DNA from: Macrostomum lignano
Taxonomy: Eukaryota
Direction: 5' to 3'
NCBI GenBank assembly: GCA_002269645.1
Contig: NIVC01001831.1
Location: forward strand, 124,001-188,000
Length of the DNA stretch: 64,000 nucleotides
The notes beneath the pieces are model-generated. The model did not search any database. It was not told the DNA's origin and was given only the letters and a program-made list of their open reading frames with translations. The position numbers and the translations under genes were made by a program. Shown here piece by piece: positions 48,030 through 59,535 of this stretch. Numbering within the stretch: position 1 is the stretch's first letter; each line of letters begins with the position of its first letter.

Positions 48030-48880
48030 GCTGCTCCGAGGGTAGGAAGTTGGAGGGGTGGCTGCTCTCCGTGGGTAGGAAGTTGGAGGGGTGGCTGCTC
48101 TCCGTGGGTAGGAAGTTGGAGGGGTGGCTGCTCTCCAGGGGTAGGAAGTTGGAGGGGTGGCTGCTCCGGGGGTAGGAAGTTGGAGGGGTGGCTGCTCCGG
48201 AGGTAGGAAGTTGGAAGATGGCTGGCTTGGGGTAGGAATTTAGGGGGGGGGGCGGCTGCTCCGGGTAGGAAGTAAGTTGGAGGGGTGGCTGCTCCGGAGG
48301 TAGGAAGTTGGAAGATGGCTGGCTTGGGGTAGGAATTTAGGGGGGGGGCGGCTGCTCCGGGTAGGAAGTTGGAGGGGTGACTGCTCTCCGGGGGTAGGAA
48401 GTTGGAGGGGTGGCTGCTCCGGAGGTAGGAAGTTGGAGGATGGCTGGCTTGGGGTAGGAATTTAGGGGGGGGCGGCTGCTCCGCGTAGGAAGTTGGAGGG
48501 GTGACTGCTCTCCGGGGCTAGGAAGCTGGGGGTGGCTTCTCCGGGGGTAGGGAAGTTGGAGGGGCGGCCGCTCCGGGAGTTGGAGGGTGGCTGTTCCGGG
48601 GGTAGGAAGTTGGAGGGTGGCTGCTCCGGGGGTAGGAAGTTGGAGGGTGGCTGCTCCGGGGGTAGGAAGTTGGAGGGTGGCTGCTCCGGGGGTAGGAAGT
48701 TGGAGGGTGGCTGCTCCGGGGGTAGGAAGTTGGAGGGTGGCTGCTCCGGGGGTAGGAAGTTGGAGGGTGGCTGCTCCGGGGGTAGGAAGTTGGAGGGTGG
48801 CTGCTCCGGGGGTAGGAAGTTGGAGGGTGGCTGCTCCGGGGGTAGGAAGTTGGAGGGGTGGCTGCTCTCCGGGGGTAGGA
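48030..48880. repeat. 30-bp G-rich minisatellite (GGGGGTAGGAAGTTGGAGGGTGGCTGCTCC)
   Basis: Homogeneous in the right half, variable on the left. Confidence 0.95.
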
Positions 48881-49380
48881 AACGGATGCGCTGCAGTTGG
48901 TTGTCGCTGATTGAAAATGTACGATCATAGCTCGTGTATAATCATGTCTTGTACATGTATAATCGTACACTATTCTGGATACTTTGAATGTCTTTTGTGC
49001 CTATAAGTAGTGTTATCTGTATGTAAATTTTGCGTAAACTTAGCTTGATCACGCATCCCCACACTCTATCGGTGACATCATTGAAGAGCCGCTGTCCTAT
49101 TTATAAAAATTTTTACTCAAAAGCCTAGCCTAGTTTTATCTGTCTAACACTTTTGGTATCTGAAATGTCATTTTGTTATACAATAAATTCGCTATTTTTT
49201 GAGTCCTCCTGCTCTGCTAGCACTTCTAATAAGCTTTGGAGCAAAGCCACGGAAGCATAAAACCTTTGAAGAATGGTGATGTTGAAGAATCAGTTCTGGA
49301 ACAGAGAAGTTCTAGTAAATATTGTAATATATTCTGGTAAACTTGAGGGGGTGTCTGATAACGTTTAGAGCAAAACGCTC

Positions 49381-50010
49381 GGAAGAAATTCTTGTAATAT
49401 TGATGGATTGGGTCTTGTAACACGGGAAATTCTTGTAATATTGATGGATTGGGTCTTGTAACACAGGAAATTCTTGTAATATTGATGGATTGGGTCTTGT
49501 AACACGGGAAATTCTTGTAATATTGATGGATTGGGTCTTGTAACACAGGAAATTCTTGTAATATTGATGGATTGGGTCTTGTAACACGGGAAATTCTTGT
49601 AATATTGATGGATTGGGTCTTGTAACACGGGAAATTCTTGTAATATTGATGGATTGGGTCTTGTAACTCGGGAAATTCTTGTAATATTGATGGATTGGGT
49701 CTTGTAACACGGGAAATTCTTGTAATATTGATGGATTGGGTCTTGTAACTCGGGAAATTCTTGTAATATTGATGGATTGGGTCTTGTAACACGGGAAATT
49801 CTTGTAATATTGATGGATTGGGTCTTGTAACTCGGGAAATTCTTGTAATATTGATGGATTGGGTCTTGTAACTCGGGAAATTCTTGTAATATTGATGGAT
49901 TGGGTCTTGTAACTCGGGAAATTCTTGTAATATTGATGGATTGGGTCTTGTAACTCGGGAAATTCTTGTAATATTGATGGATTGGGTCTTGTAACACGGG
50001 AAATTCTTGT
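49381..50010. repeat. 41-bp minisatellite (GGGAAATTCTTGTAATATTGATGGATTGGGTCTTGTAACAC)
   Basis: About 15 copies. Confidence 0.97.
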
Positions 50011-50387
50011 ATCGGAGGAGGAACTCTAAACTACTGTAAGTAGCACTACGTTAAAGCCATTGATCTGCCAGTATCGCATAGGCAGCTGCAGCAGTATCAA
50101 TGGTAGTGCTTCAGGCCGAAGGATGGGAGGATGGCGGATCAAATAAGAGAAGCTCGCAAAACCGGTTCGCCAACTTGATGCTGCTTATGCAGCATATCCG
50201 CCAGTCATTGAATGCGCTGGGCATCGGCAAGATGACTTCCGCAGCTGCTGTTTGGCTCAGGCTCTGAAGTACAATCTATGTAAAATATATTTCTGGGCGC
50301 GGGTGCTGTTTCAAAATAGTCCAGCTAGTGCTGGCATAGTGACTGACAGTCCATTTTTCAGTTACTGCAGCCGCTGGTGCAGCTCCG

Positions 50388-50672
50388 CTAATTTTCACGG
50401 CTCCAGTGGCGCCGCTTCAGCCTGAAAATGGACGACGAGGCTCCGTGTTGCTGCGCGAGCTGCTTGCTCGGCGCGACGTCCGGGCCCAGGTCCTGCAGCA
50501 GCAGCAGCTGCTCCAGCTCGGAGCTGTCCAGGTCGGCACCGCCGTTCAGCAGCTCGGCCAGCCGCTTCATCATCTGGACTTCGTCGTCGGCGGCTGCCGG
50601 GGCCGCCTGGCCAACTGACGCGAAACTGCAGAGCAGCAGCGCCAAGGCGGCGATCGCTGAGCGGATCGGCAT
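50388..50672 (-). CDS. Small secreted protein, probable neuropeptide prohormone (94 aa)
   Basis: Signal peptide MPIRSAIAALALLLCSFASVGQA, acidic spacer, dibasic sites KR and KRR, GC3-rich codons, and an upstream acceptor ctcgcag|ACC shortly before the ATG. Confidence 0.7.
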   Translation of the reverse strand: MPIRSAIAALALLLCSFASVGQAAPAAADDEVQMMKRLAELLNGGADLDSSELEQLLLLQDLGPDVAPSKQLAQQHGASSSIFRLKRRHWSREN

Positions 50673-50827
50673 TCTGGTTGAGGAGGCTGTCGGTCTGCGA
50701 GCGTGGGTGGGCAGCCATGCAAGGTTATCCGTATAGAGAAGCACCGGAAAAGCTGCAGATGGCACACAGACACTGCTAAAAGTATTTGCTCCAATCTGCT
50801 TCAGAAACTGTTAGGGCCAGGCAGTCC

Positions 50828-51541
50828 CGGACCAAGCATCTGCATTGGATCGAAGCACCAGGCCAGGGAGTGTTGGACCAAGTATCTGCATTGGATCGAA
50901 GCACCAGGCCAGGGAGTGTTGGACCAAGTATCTGCATTGGATCGAAGCACCAGGCCAGGGAGTGTTGGACCAAGTATCTGCATTGGATCGAAGCACCAGC
51001 AGGCCAGGGAGTGTTGGACCAAGTATCTGCATTGGATCGAAGCACCAGGCCAGGGAGTGTTGGACCAAGTATCTGCATTGGATCGAAGCACCAGCAGGCC
51101 AGGGAGTGTTGGACCAAGTATCTGTATTGGATCGAAGCACCAGGCCAGGGAGTGTTGGACCAAGTATCTGCATTGGATCGAAGCACCAGGCCAGGGAGTG
51201 TTGGACCAAGTATCTGCATTGGATCGAAGCACCAGGCCAGGGAGTGTTGGATCAAGTATCTGCATTGGATCGAAGCACCAGGCCAGGGAGTGTTGGACCA
51301 AGTATCTGCATTAGATCGAAGCACCAGGCCAGGGAGTGTTGGACCAAGTATCTGCATTGGATCGAAGCACCAGGCCAGGGATTCTTGGACCAAGTATCTG
51401 TATTGGAAGCACCAGGCCAGGGATTCTTGGACCAAGTATCTGTATTGGAAGCACCAGGCCAGGGATTCTTGGACCAAGTATCTGTATTGGAAGCACCAGG
51501 CCAGGGATTCTTGGACCAAGTATCTGTATTGGAAGCACCAG
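50828..51541. repeat. 46-bp minisatellite switching to a 42-bp variant at its right end
   Basis: GATCGAAGCACCAGGCCAGGGAGTGTTGGACCAAGTATCTGCATTG; the last ~3-4 units lack GATC and carry GATTCT. Confidence 0.96.
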
Positions 51542-52265
51542 GTTGATTTAGAAACTCGTTGATCACTCGATCGCGATATTAGAAGTCAGCGTCCAAGTGC
51601 GCACGCCTCTAATTTTAAGGACTTCAGTATTTAAGTTAAGCTGCACCCATGTGCTTTCTTCGTAATCCTACGTAATTTTGCAAAGCTATTGGGAGACCAA
51701 ATTCGTGCTAAAGCTGGGAAGCCGCGGCCTCGGCACCTGAGGACTTCTTTGTCAGGCAGCTGAGCAGCCTCACGTTCGGCTCAAGCAGGCCACCATTGTT
51801 CTCGCAGTTAAACGCAGCAATTACCGCACGCACTCGGGTGAGGCCTGCGATTTCCGCTGGGGTGTTGAAAACTTGAAAATACGGAGGCTGAGGCTCCGCA
51901 TGGCAGCGGGGCTGCAGCAGCCCCTGGGGCAGCGAGGCCTGCAACTGCGGCAGCTGGGCGTCACTCCTTTGTTCCCAGAGTCGGCTTCCTATACGAGGCC
52001 TCCGTGAAAGCTGACACTTTCTTTTTCTCTTTGCCGTGACAGCTGCTGTGTACCTTTGACTTGAAGCTGCTTTTGAGCGAAAAATAGGAGTAAATGTTTC
52101 ACTGACTTCTCTGCGGGGTATGGGATAGCCTGGCTGAACAAAAAAAGAATTATCTTTGTGACGATAATTACGGATTCGCTTGGTGGACTCGAAGGGTCAC
52201 GTGCGAAGTAAATACTCTTTAGCCTAATCGTTTATTCAGTCTGCCTTGCAATAATTATAAATTTA

Positions 52266-52417
52266 GGTAGGTAGGTAGGTAGGTAGGTAGGTAGGTAGGT
52301 AGGTAGGTAGGTAGGTAGGTAGGTAGGTAGGTAGGTAGGTACAGTGTAGGTAGGTAGGTAGACATGTTTAAGCAGATAGTTAGACAGACAGACAGACAGA
52401 CAGACAGGCAGACAGGC

Positions 52418-52454
<37 letters not shown>

Positions 52455-52607
52455 GGCAGACAGACAGACAGACAGACAGGCAGGCAGGCAGACAGACAGA
52501 CAGACAGACAGACAGGCAGGCAGACAGACAGACAGACAGACAGACAGGCAGGCAGGCAGACAGACAGACAGACAGGCAGGCAGACAGGCAGGCCGCAGAC
52601 AGGCAGA
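52266..52607. repeat. Compound microsatellite (GTAG)n followed by (CAGA/CAGG)n
   Basis: 52266-52360 and 52382-52607. Confidence 0.96.
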
Positions 52608-54136
52608 CACGCACAGAGGCTCTCACCTCAAAGCTGCAAAGGCTCGGGTGCTGCCAGTGAATGCCTGCCGGTGCGCGGTGATTTTGCCAATTTTCGTCTC
52701 CGACGCCAAGTTGCGCGGAAATCTTTCATTTGCTGCTCAATTTATCCCACTAGTCTCATCTCGCATCCCCTGCCGATAGGCGAATTTCCAGTCCCCCCTG
52801 CTGGGCAGAGGTGAGCTGTGGGATTGGGCCAAGATGGGAGCGGTTGCTAGGGGCAGCATACGGGAGACTGGGGAGAGGCCTCAGAGCGGGCGTGTCATTT
52901 CGGGCGAAGGCGAGCATCAGATGGGGCGCATGGGGTTCGCCTGCGGCTGTGGGGACAAGAAGGCCGGTGAAGACATGCTGGATATTTATGACTCAGATGT
53001 GCTCCGTTCGCGCTCTTCCTACATAGACATCATCAGCTAAAGGGACGTAGTAGAGACGGGAAAAACAGGAGCATAAATAAAACTGAAAGGGATGGCGAGA
53101 GATGAAGAGAGGGTGGAGAAAATGTGAGAGATTAGAAAAGAGAAGAGATCAGCGGGTAATTTTCGGGTAATATATTAAAGCACAAATCAATAAATGAATG
53201 AATTAAAATTGGAAAGGCAGATGGCGGCACACGCGGGACTTCAATTTATTTCCGGATTCTTCAAAGGCCATCTGAGCGATCAGCAAAAACAGTCAGCCAG
53301 TGCAGCTGCTGAATGCCAAATCTGAGCTGTAAAATTCATACCTGCCGCATCTCAGCGGCAATCAGCAATCAAAATCGGGAGCACAGCTTCAGTTGCAGAT
53401 TTTCAAAGCACAGAGTATACCATGATTTCGCGTTAAATTTATATCCAAGCTCGCCTCATCCCATTCAGGCTGGGATATCTGGCACAGGCCTATCTGCTCC
53501 ATTGGATCATTTCCCATTCTCAACAGGCTCCGAGAAGCTGTGGGGAGCGGAGAGTTGGAGCCGACAACGCTTGCGTATCCCGGCAGCCCAGTAACAACAT
53601 CCGCAATGCGTCATTAATTATTACTGACGCCCCGTCGCTGCCTCTGAGCTGCCGGGCCGTATTTTAAGGACGAGAGGAGACTTTCGCCTCTGCCGCACAG
53701 CTCAGCCGCTTACACCTGGACAGGTCTCGGCTCTTCGGATCCACTGCGTTCTGTTGCCAATAGCAACCGGTAGGTGAGTGTAGCTGCCGCTTCTATCCAT
53801 TGACTTGCCTATAATTCTTATCTGCCCGGGGCATCGCTGAGCCAGGAGATGTTTGACTTGCCTCTCGAAGCCGTGTTGACAAAAACATTTGTTTAAACAG
53901 CAGCGTTTCCGCAATTGAAGTTGAAAATCAATTTGCTGGAACACAGCGAGAGCCGCTCTCGCTTTGCTAGCGCGGAGGACAAGCGGAGGCCATAGGCGAG
54001 TGCTCGAATTGCTAATCCCCAGACTGGTAATCCCTAGGATTAGGATTGCAGGCTCTCTTGCAGACAGCCAATGCGCCAGCTTAACGGATTATCCTAATAG
54101 AAGCTTTGTGCAGGCGGTGGAGCTGATTGAATACCT

Positions 54137-54565
54137 GAGTAACTGAGGATCTGAAGAGAGGGCGGTGGTGGCCCAGCAACTGAGGATCTGAAGGGAGGGA
54201 GGTGGTAGCCCAGCAACTGAGGATCTGGGAGGCTGGCCCAGCAGCTGAGGATCTGGGAGGATAGCCCAGCAACTGAGGATCTGGGAGGATAGCCCAGCAA
54301 CTGAGGATCTGGGAGGATAGCCCAGCAACTGAGGATCTGGGAGGCTGGCCCAGCAACTGAGGATCTGGGAGGATAGCCCAGCAACTGAGGATCTGGGAGG
54401 ATAGCCCAGCAACTGAGGATCTGGGAGGATAGCCCAGCAACTGAGGATCTGGGAGGCTGGCCCAGCAACTGAGGATCTGGGAGGATAGCCCAGCAACTGA
54501 GGATCTGGGAGGATAGCCCAGCAACTGAAGATCTGGGAGGGTAACCTAGCAACTGAGGATCTGAG
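54137..54565. repeat. 28-bp minisatellite (CCCAGCAACTGAGGATCTGGGAGGATAG/CTGG), locus 1
   Basis: About 14 copies just upstream of the ankyrin gene; same family as 62570-63030. Confidence 0.95.
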
Positions 54566-54715
54566 GGGGCATGGTGGGCCCGGCCAGACTAGCTGAGCAG
54601 TCCGACTGACAGCCGAATGCCAGACGAGATCACGTGACCATGTCCCGGCATGACAGCCGGAAATTCGCATTCGCAGCTTCCGCCATTGACCATCTGGTCC
54701 AGCAGCGCCGTCCCC

Positions 54716-55333
54716 ATGGCAACAGTGGAGCAGCTGCTGCGGGCCTGCCGCTCCGGCCGTCTGTCAGCGGTGACGCAGTGCCTGCAGCTCGGCGCCGACG
54801 TTAACGCAGCCTGGCCAGGCGACCAGACGGACCGGACGCCGCTGCTGGCCGCCCTGGAGGCGGGGCACCAGGAGGTGGCGGAGCACCTGGTCGCCAAGGG
54901 CGCCGACGTCGGCAGGCCGGACAGGAGGGGCTCCACGCCGCTGCACGTGGCCGCCCGCGGCAACAACGTGGCGGGCGTCCGGCTGCTGATCGCCCGCGGC
55001 GCCGACCGGAACGCTCAGGACGCGGCCGGTCGCAGCCCGCTGATGCAGGCGGTGCAGTCGGGCGCCCTGGCCGCGGCCACCGAGCTGGCGTTGCGCAGCG
55101 GGCCGGGACTGCTGCTGGAGCTCGAAACCCGACCGGGCGGCGAAACGGCCTTCACGCTGGCCGCGGCCACCGGCAGCGTGGCGATGCTCGGCCTGCTGGT
55201 GCGGGCGGGCTCCGACATCCGCCGGGTGAACGGGCGGGGCCGGGACGCGCTGGCGGTTGCTGGGGACCTCGGCAACCAGGCGGCCGAGCGGTTCCTGGCT
55301 GAGCTGTACATCCGCAGCGGCCGCGGCACTTGA
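54716..55333 (+). CDS. Ankyrin-repeat protein (about 5 repeats)
   Basis: TPLLAAL.AGH.EV...LV.KGADV, TPLHVAARGNNV..V.LLI..GAD.N, SPLMQAV, TAFTLAAATG. GC3-rich. An extra upstream exon cannot be excluded. Confidence 0.88.
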   Translation: MATVEQLLRACRSGRLSAVTQCLQLGADVNAAWPGDQTDRTPLLAALEAGHQEVAEHLVAKGADVGRPDRRGSTPLHVAARGNNVAGVRLLIARGADRNAQDAAGRSPLMQAVQSGALAAATELALRSGPGLLLELETRPGGETAFTLAAATGSVAMLGLLVRAGSDIRRVNGRGRDALAVAGDLGNQAAERFLAELYIRSGRGT

Positions 55334-55538
55334 AGCTGGATGGCCCGGGAGCTCTTGCTGACGGACCGGAGCAGCGATGAGCCGCTGCAGGAACTCAGGC
55401 TCTACTGCGCTCTTACTGTACATGTATTCCAATTTGCTCTGTTTATGTATCGATTTTTGCGTGTATGTTTGAGACCGTCTGCGCGCCACCACTCTTCCAA
55501 CCCCTATTCTGTCCGCCTCTCGAACACCCCATTTGTTA

Positions 55539-56110
55539 GTCTGCTGTGTACAATTCTACAGTCTGCTGTGTACAATTCTACAGTCTGCTGTGTACAATTC
55601 TACAGTCTGCTGTGTACAATTCTACAGTCTGCTGTGTTCAATTCTACAGTCTGCTGTGTACAATTCTACAGTCTGCTGTGTACAATTCTACAGTCTGCTG
55701 TGTACAATTCTACAGTCTGCTGTGTACAATTCTACAGTCTGCTGTGTACAATTCTACAGTCTGCTGTGTACAATTCTACAGTCTGCTGTGTTCAATTCTA
55801 CAGTCTGCTGTGTACAATTCTACAGTCTGCTGTGTACAATTCTACAGTCTGCTGTGTACGATTCTACAGTCTGCTGTGTACGATTCTACAGTCTGCTGTG
55901 TACGATTCTACAGTCTGCTGTTACAATTCTACAGTCTGCTGTGTACAATTCTACAGTCTGCTGTGTTCAATTCTACAGTCTGCTGTGTACAATTCTACAG
56001 TCTGCTGTGTACAATTCTACAGTCTGCTGTGTACGATTCTACAGTCTGCTGTGTACGATTCTACAGTCTGCTGTGTACGATTCTACAGTCTGCTGTTACA
56101 ATCTACAGTC
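55539..56110. repeat. 22-bp minisatellite (CTGCTGTGTACAATTCTACAGT)
   Basis: About 26 copies about 200 bp downstream of the ankyrin stop codon. Confidence 0.96.
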
Positions 56111-56867
56111 TTCAATTTAGTCTGTTCAGTTGAATTTATCGGAATCTCACTGGGAAAAAATTTCATAATCTCGAAATTTCAGAGTCGAAAACTCTTGTTA
56201 GTCTCTTGTTACGCTAGCTCACAATTGAAACGAAAACGATATGAATCCCGTGAAGTTTCGTCACGTGTTAAAGTGACAGGATGCCTTTTCAAGCCTCTGC
56301 GAAGTTCAGAGCTGATGAAGTTTACTGTGAACTTTCGAGATTCTTCAAAATCTTTATGGAAATTTTAACAAAATAAACCTGTAGAATTGCAGAAAGGCCA
56401 ATAACTCTATTTATTATTTAACGCCTTGTATTAGGACAAAATCTAATGCTATATTGACACGCGTGTATTCAATAGTAGTTGAACATTTTCTACACAGCTA
56501 ATCACTAACTACATGTGTAACTACTGCACAGCAATGCATCAATCAGCTTTACAACGCCGAACCGAGATGACGCAAACACGCCAGAAAAGAGGCTCGCGAA
56601 GAAGCAGCCAGGATTAGAACAAAAAAGCAGACAAAGCCGGTCAGGAAAAGCACTGGCCACCTTAGCTAGGGAAGAAGGCAAATGTAGCTAATCTGATCCC
56701 AATTAGGAGAGCGCAGGTGCCCAGCAGCGCATACTTGAATGGAAATAAAAATCTAATATGATCTGTCAGTTAGCGGCATAAACAGCGGTCGCGTATCCAG
56801 TTGACTAAGCAAATATTCAACCAAAACAGCGCACAGAAAATATCGCATCTGAACTGCAGGCGGCCAG

Positions 56868-57068
56868 CTACAGGGACTGCAGAAGCTGATCCGCCAGAGT
56901 GCAGGTGGCCTTGGTGGGGTCCGGCTCCACGTCCAGCTGCTTCACCACGCCGTCCTCGATCACCATGACGAACCGCTTGGCCCGGAGGCCGCCCAGCAGG
57001 TGGCTGAGGTCCAGCGACAGGCCGGCGGCCTCCACAAAGATGGCCTGGGTGTCGCTGAGCATGCGCAC
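56868..57068 (-). CDS. PRDX5: Peroxiredoxin-5, exon 2
   Basis: Acceptor tctcag|GTG; RMLSD, RAKRFVMVIEDGVVKQLDVEPD, resolving Cys in ATCTLA. Confidence 0.93.
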   Translation of the reverse strand: MRMLSDTQAIFVEAAGLSLDLSHLLGGLRAKRFVMVIEDGVVKQLDVEPDPTKATCTLADQLLQSL

Positions 57069-57334
57069 CTGAGAATTGGCGGAGAGGGGCAGCTCGGGAA
57101 GGTCACGGCGATTTCAAATCTGGCAAGATATTATGATTGTTCATTAGCAGCCACTTTCCACAGCTTCAGTCCCCAATCCCATTGTGTCTGTCAAAACTTC
57201 GCCGATTGCATTACCGAGGTAATACCGAATGCCAAGCACCTGAGTGCATCCAGTTCAATGAATTTATGAGAACTTTGGAGACTCAGGAATTAAGCTGTGA
57301 GAATGTTGGCAAGGCACTTTGTCTAGCTGTGAGA

Positions 57335-57602
57335 ATCCAGTCAATGCAGTGACTGGCAATCCAGTCAAGGCAGTGACAACTCCCAGTCAAGACAGTGACA
57401 ATCCAGTCAAGGCGGTGACAATCCAGTCAAGGCGGTGACAATCCAGTCAAGGCGGTGACAATCCAGTCAAGGCAGTGACAACTCCCAGTCAAGACAGTGA
57501 CAATCCAGTCAAGGCAGTGACAACCCAGCCAAGGCAGTGACAATCCAGTCAAGGCGGTGACAATCCAGTCAAGGCAGTGACAACCCAGCCAAGGCGGTGA
57601 CA
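57335..57602. repeat. 20-bp minisatellite (ATCCAGTCAAGGC[A/G]GTGACA) in the PRDX5 intron
   Basis: About 12 copies. Confidence 0.93.
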
Positions 57603-57648
57603 AGAGCCGGACGTGTTTATCGCTGAGCTGCTCTGCCCAGCTGCTCAC

Positions 57649-58008
57649 CTTTCCCTCGGCTCCGTTCGCGTCAGACCAGGCCTGCATGACGAACGGGTCG
57701 TTAACCGCCAGACAGAACACCTGGCTGATTCCCTTGGCCTTGAGCTTGTCGTAATCCCGCACGTAGCTGGGCAGGTGCACCCGGCTGCAGGTCGGCGTGA
57801 AGGCGCCCGGCACGCCGAACAGAATGCTGCGCTGGCCGGCGAACAGCTCCTGAAGGTTGACCTTCTTCATCTCGAGGCCCTCCACCAGCTCCATGGCTGG
57901 CAGCTTGTCGCCAACCTTCAGCGACATGGCGCGGGCCGGCAGCAGCTGGCCAGCCAGCCGGAGCCGCAGGGAGCCCAGCTGGCCTGCACAGAAGCCCAGA
58001 CGGTGCAT
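57649..58008 (-). CDS. PRDX5: Peroxiredoxin-5, exon 1 (putative mitochondrial presequence from ATG 58008; second ATG at 57927)
   Basis: LKVGDKLP, LFGVPGAFTPTCSRVHLPSY (peroxidatic Cys), AVNDPFVMQAW; donor AAG|GTGAGC in phase 0; acceptor atctgcag at 58042 upstream of the first ATG. Confidence 0.93.
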
Positions 58009-58214
58009 AATCGAGCTGGCTGCGGGGGTGGCGGGAAGGGGCTGCAGATCAAATTAAATCTTTAAGCACGTATTGACTTCTCTGTAATCTAATTTTGATC
58101 TAAGGAGCTGTCATACCTTTACAACCTAATTCGTATTCAATACTTTTCGTTACCATGTCTTTTACATCTTACATGTTTAATCAACTCTTTTACTGCCCAG
58201 CTAATGCACATGTG

Positions 58215-59535
58215 ATCCAACTCACTCCCCAGAGACCCAAATCACTCCTCAGTGACCCAGCTCACTCCCCAGTGACCCAATTCACTCCTCTTTGACCCAA
58301 TTTACTCACCAATGACCCAATGTACTCACCAATGAGGTAATTTACTCATCAATGAGGTAATTTACTCATTAATGACCCAGCTCACTCCCCAGTGACCCAA
58401 TTCACTCCTCTTTGACCCAATTTACTCACCAATGACCCAATGTACTCTCCAATGAGCTAATTTACTCATTAATGCCCCAATTTACTCATTAATGCCCCAA
58501 TTTACTCATCAATGACCCAATTTACTCATCAATGAGCTAATTTACTCATTAATGCCCCAATTTACTCCTCAGTGACCCAATGTACTCTTCAATGACCCAA
58601 TTTACTCATCAATGAGCTAGTTTACTCATCAATGACCCAATTTACTCTCCAAAGAGCTAGTTCACTCATCAATGACCTAATTTACTCATCAATGAGCTAG
58701 TTTACTCATCAATGAGCTAGTTCACTCATCAATGACCTAATTTACTCATCAATGAGCTAGTTTACTCATCAATGACCCAATTTACTCTCCAATGAGCTAG
58801 TTCACTCATCAATGACCTAATTTACTCATCAATGAGCTAGTTTACTCATCAATGACCCAATTTACTCATCAATGAGGTAGTTTACTCATCAATGACCCAA
58901 ATTACTCATCAGTGAGCCAACTTACTCATCAATGACCTAATTTACTCATCAATGAGCTAGTTTGCTCATCAATGACCCAATTTACTCATCAATGAGCTAG
59001 TTTACTCATCAATGACCCAATTTACTCATCAGTGAGCCAACTTACTCATCAATGACCCAATTTACTCATCAGTGAGCCAACTCACTCATCAATGACCTAA
59101 TTTACTCATCAATGAGCTAGTTTACTCATCAATGACCCAATTTACTCATCAATGAGGTAGTTTACTCATCAATGACCCAAATTACTCATCAGTGAGCCAA
59201 CTTACTCATCAATGACCTAATTTACTCATCAATAAGCTAGTTTGCTCATCAATGACCCAATTTACTCATCAATGAGGTAGTTTACTCATCAATGACCCAA
59301 TTTACTCATCAGTGAGCCAACTTACTCATCAAGGACCTAATTTACTCATCAATGAGCTAGTTTACTCATCAATGACCCAATTTACTCATCAATGAGCTAG
59401 TTTACTCATCAATGACCCAATTTACTTATCAGTGAGCCAACTTACTCATCAATGACCCAATTTACTCATCAATGACCCAACTTACTCATCAATGACCCAA
59501 TTTACTCATCAGTGAGCCAACTTACTCATCAATGA
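58215..59535. repeat. 20-bp minisatellite (TTTACTCATCAATGACCCAA and variants)
   Basis: About 65 copies between PUF60 and PRDX5. Confidence 0.96.
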
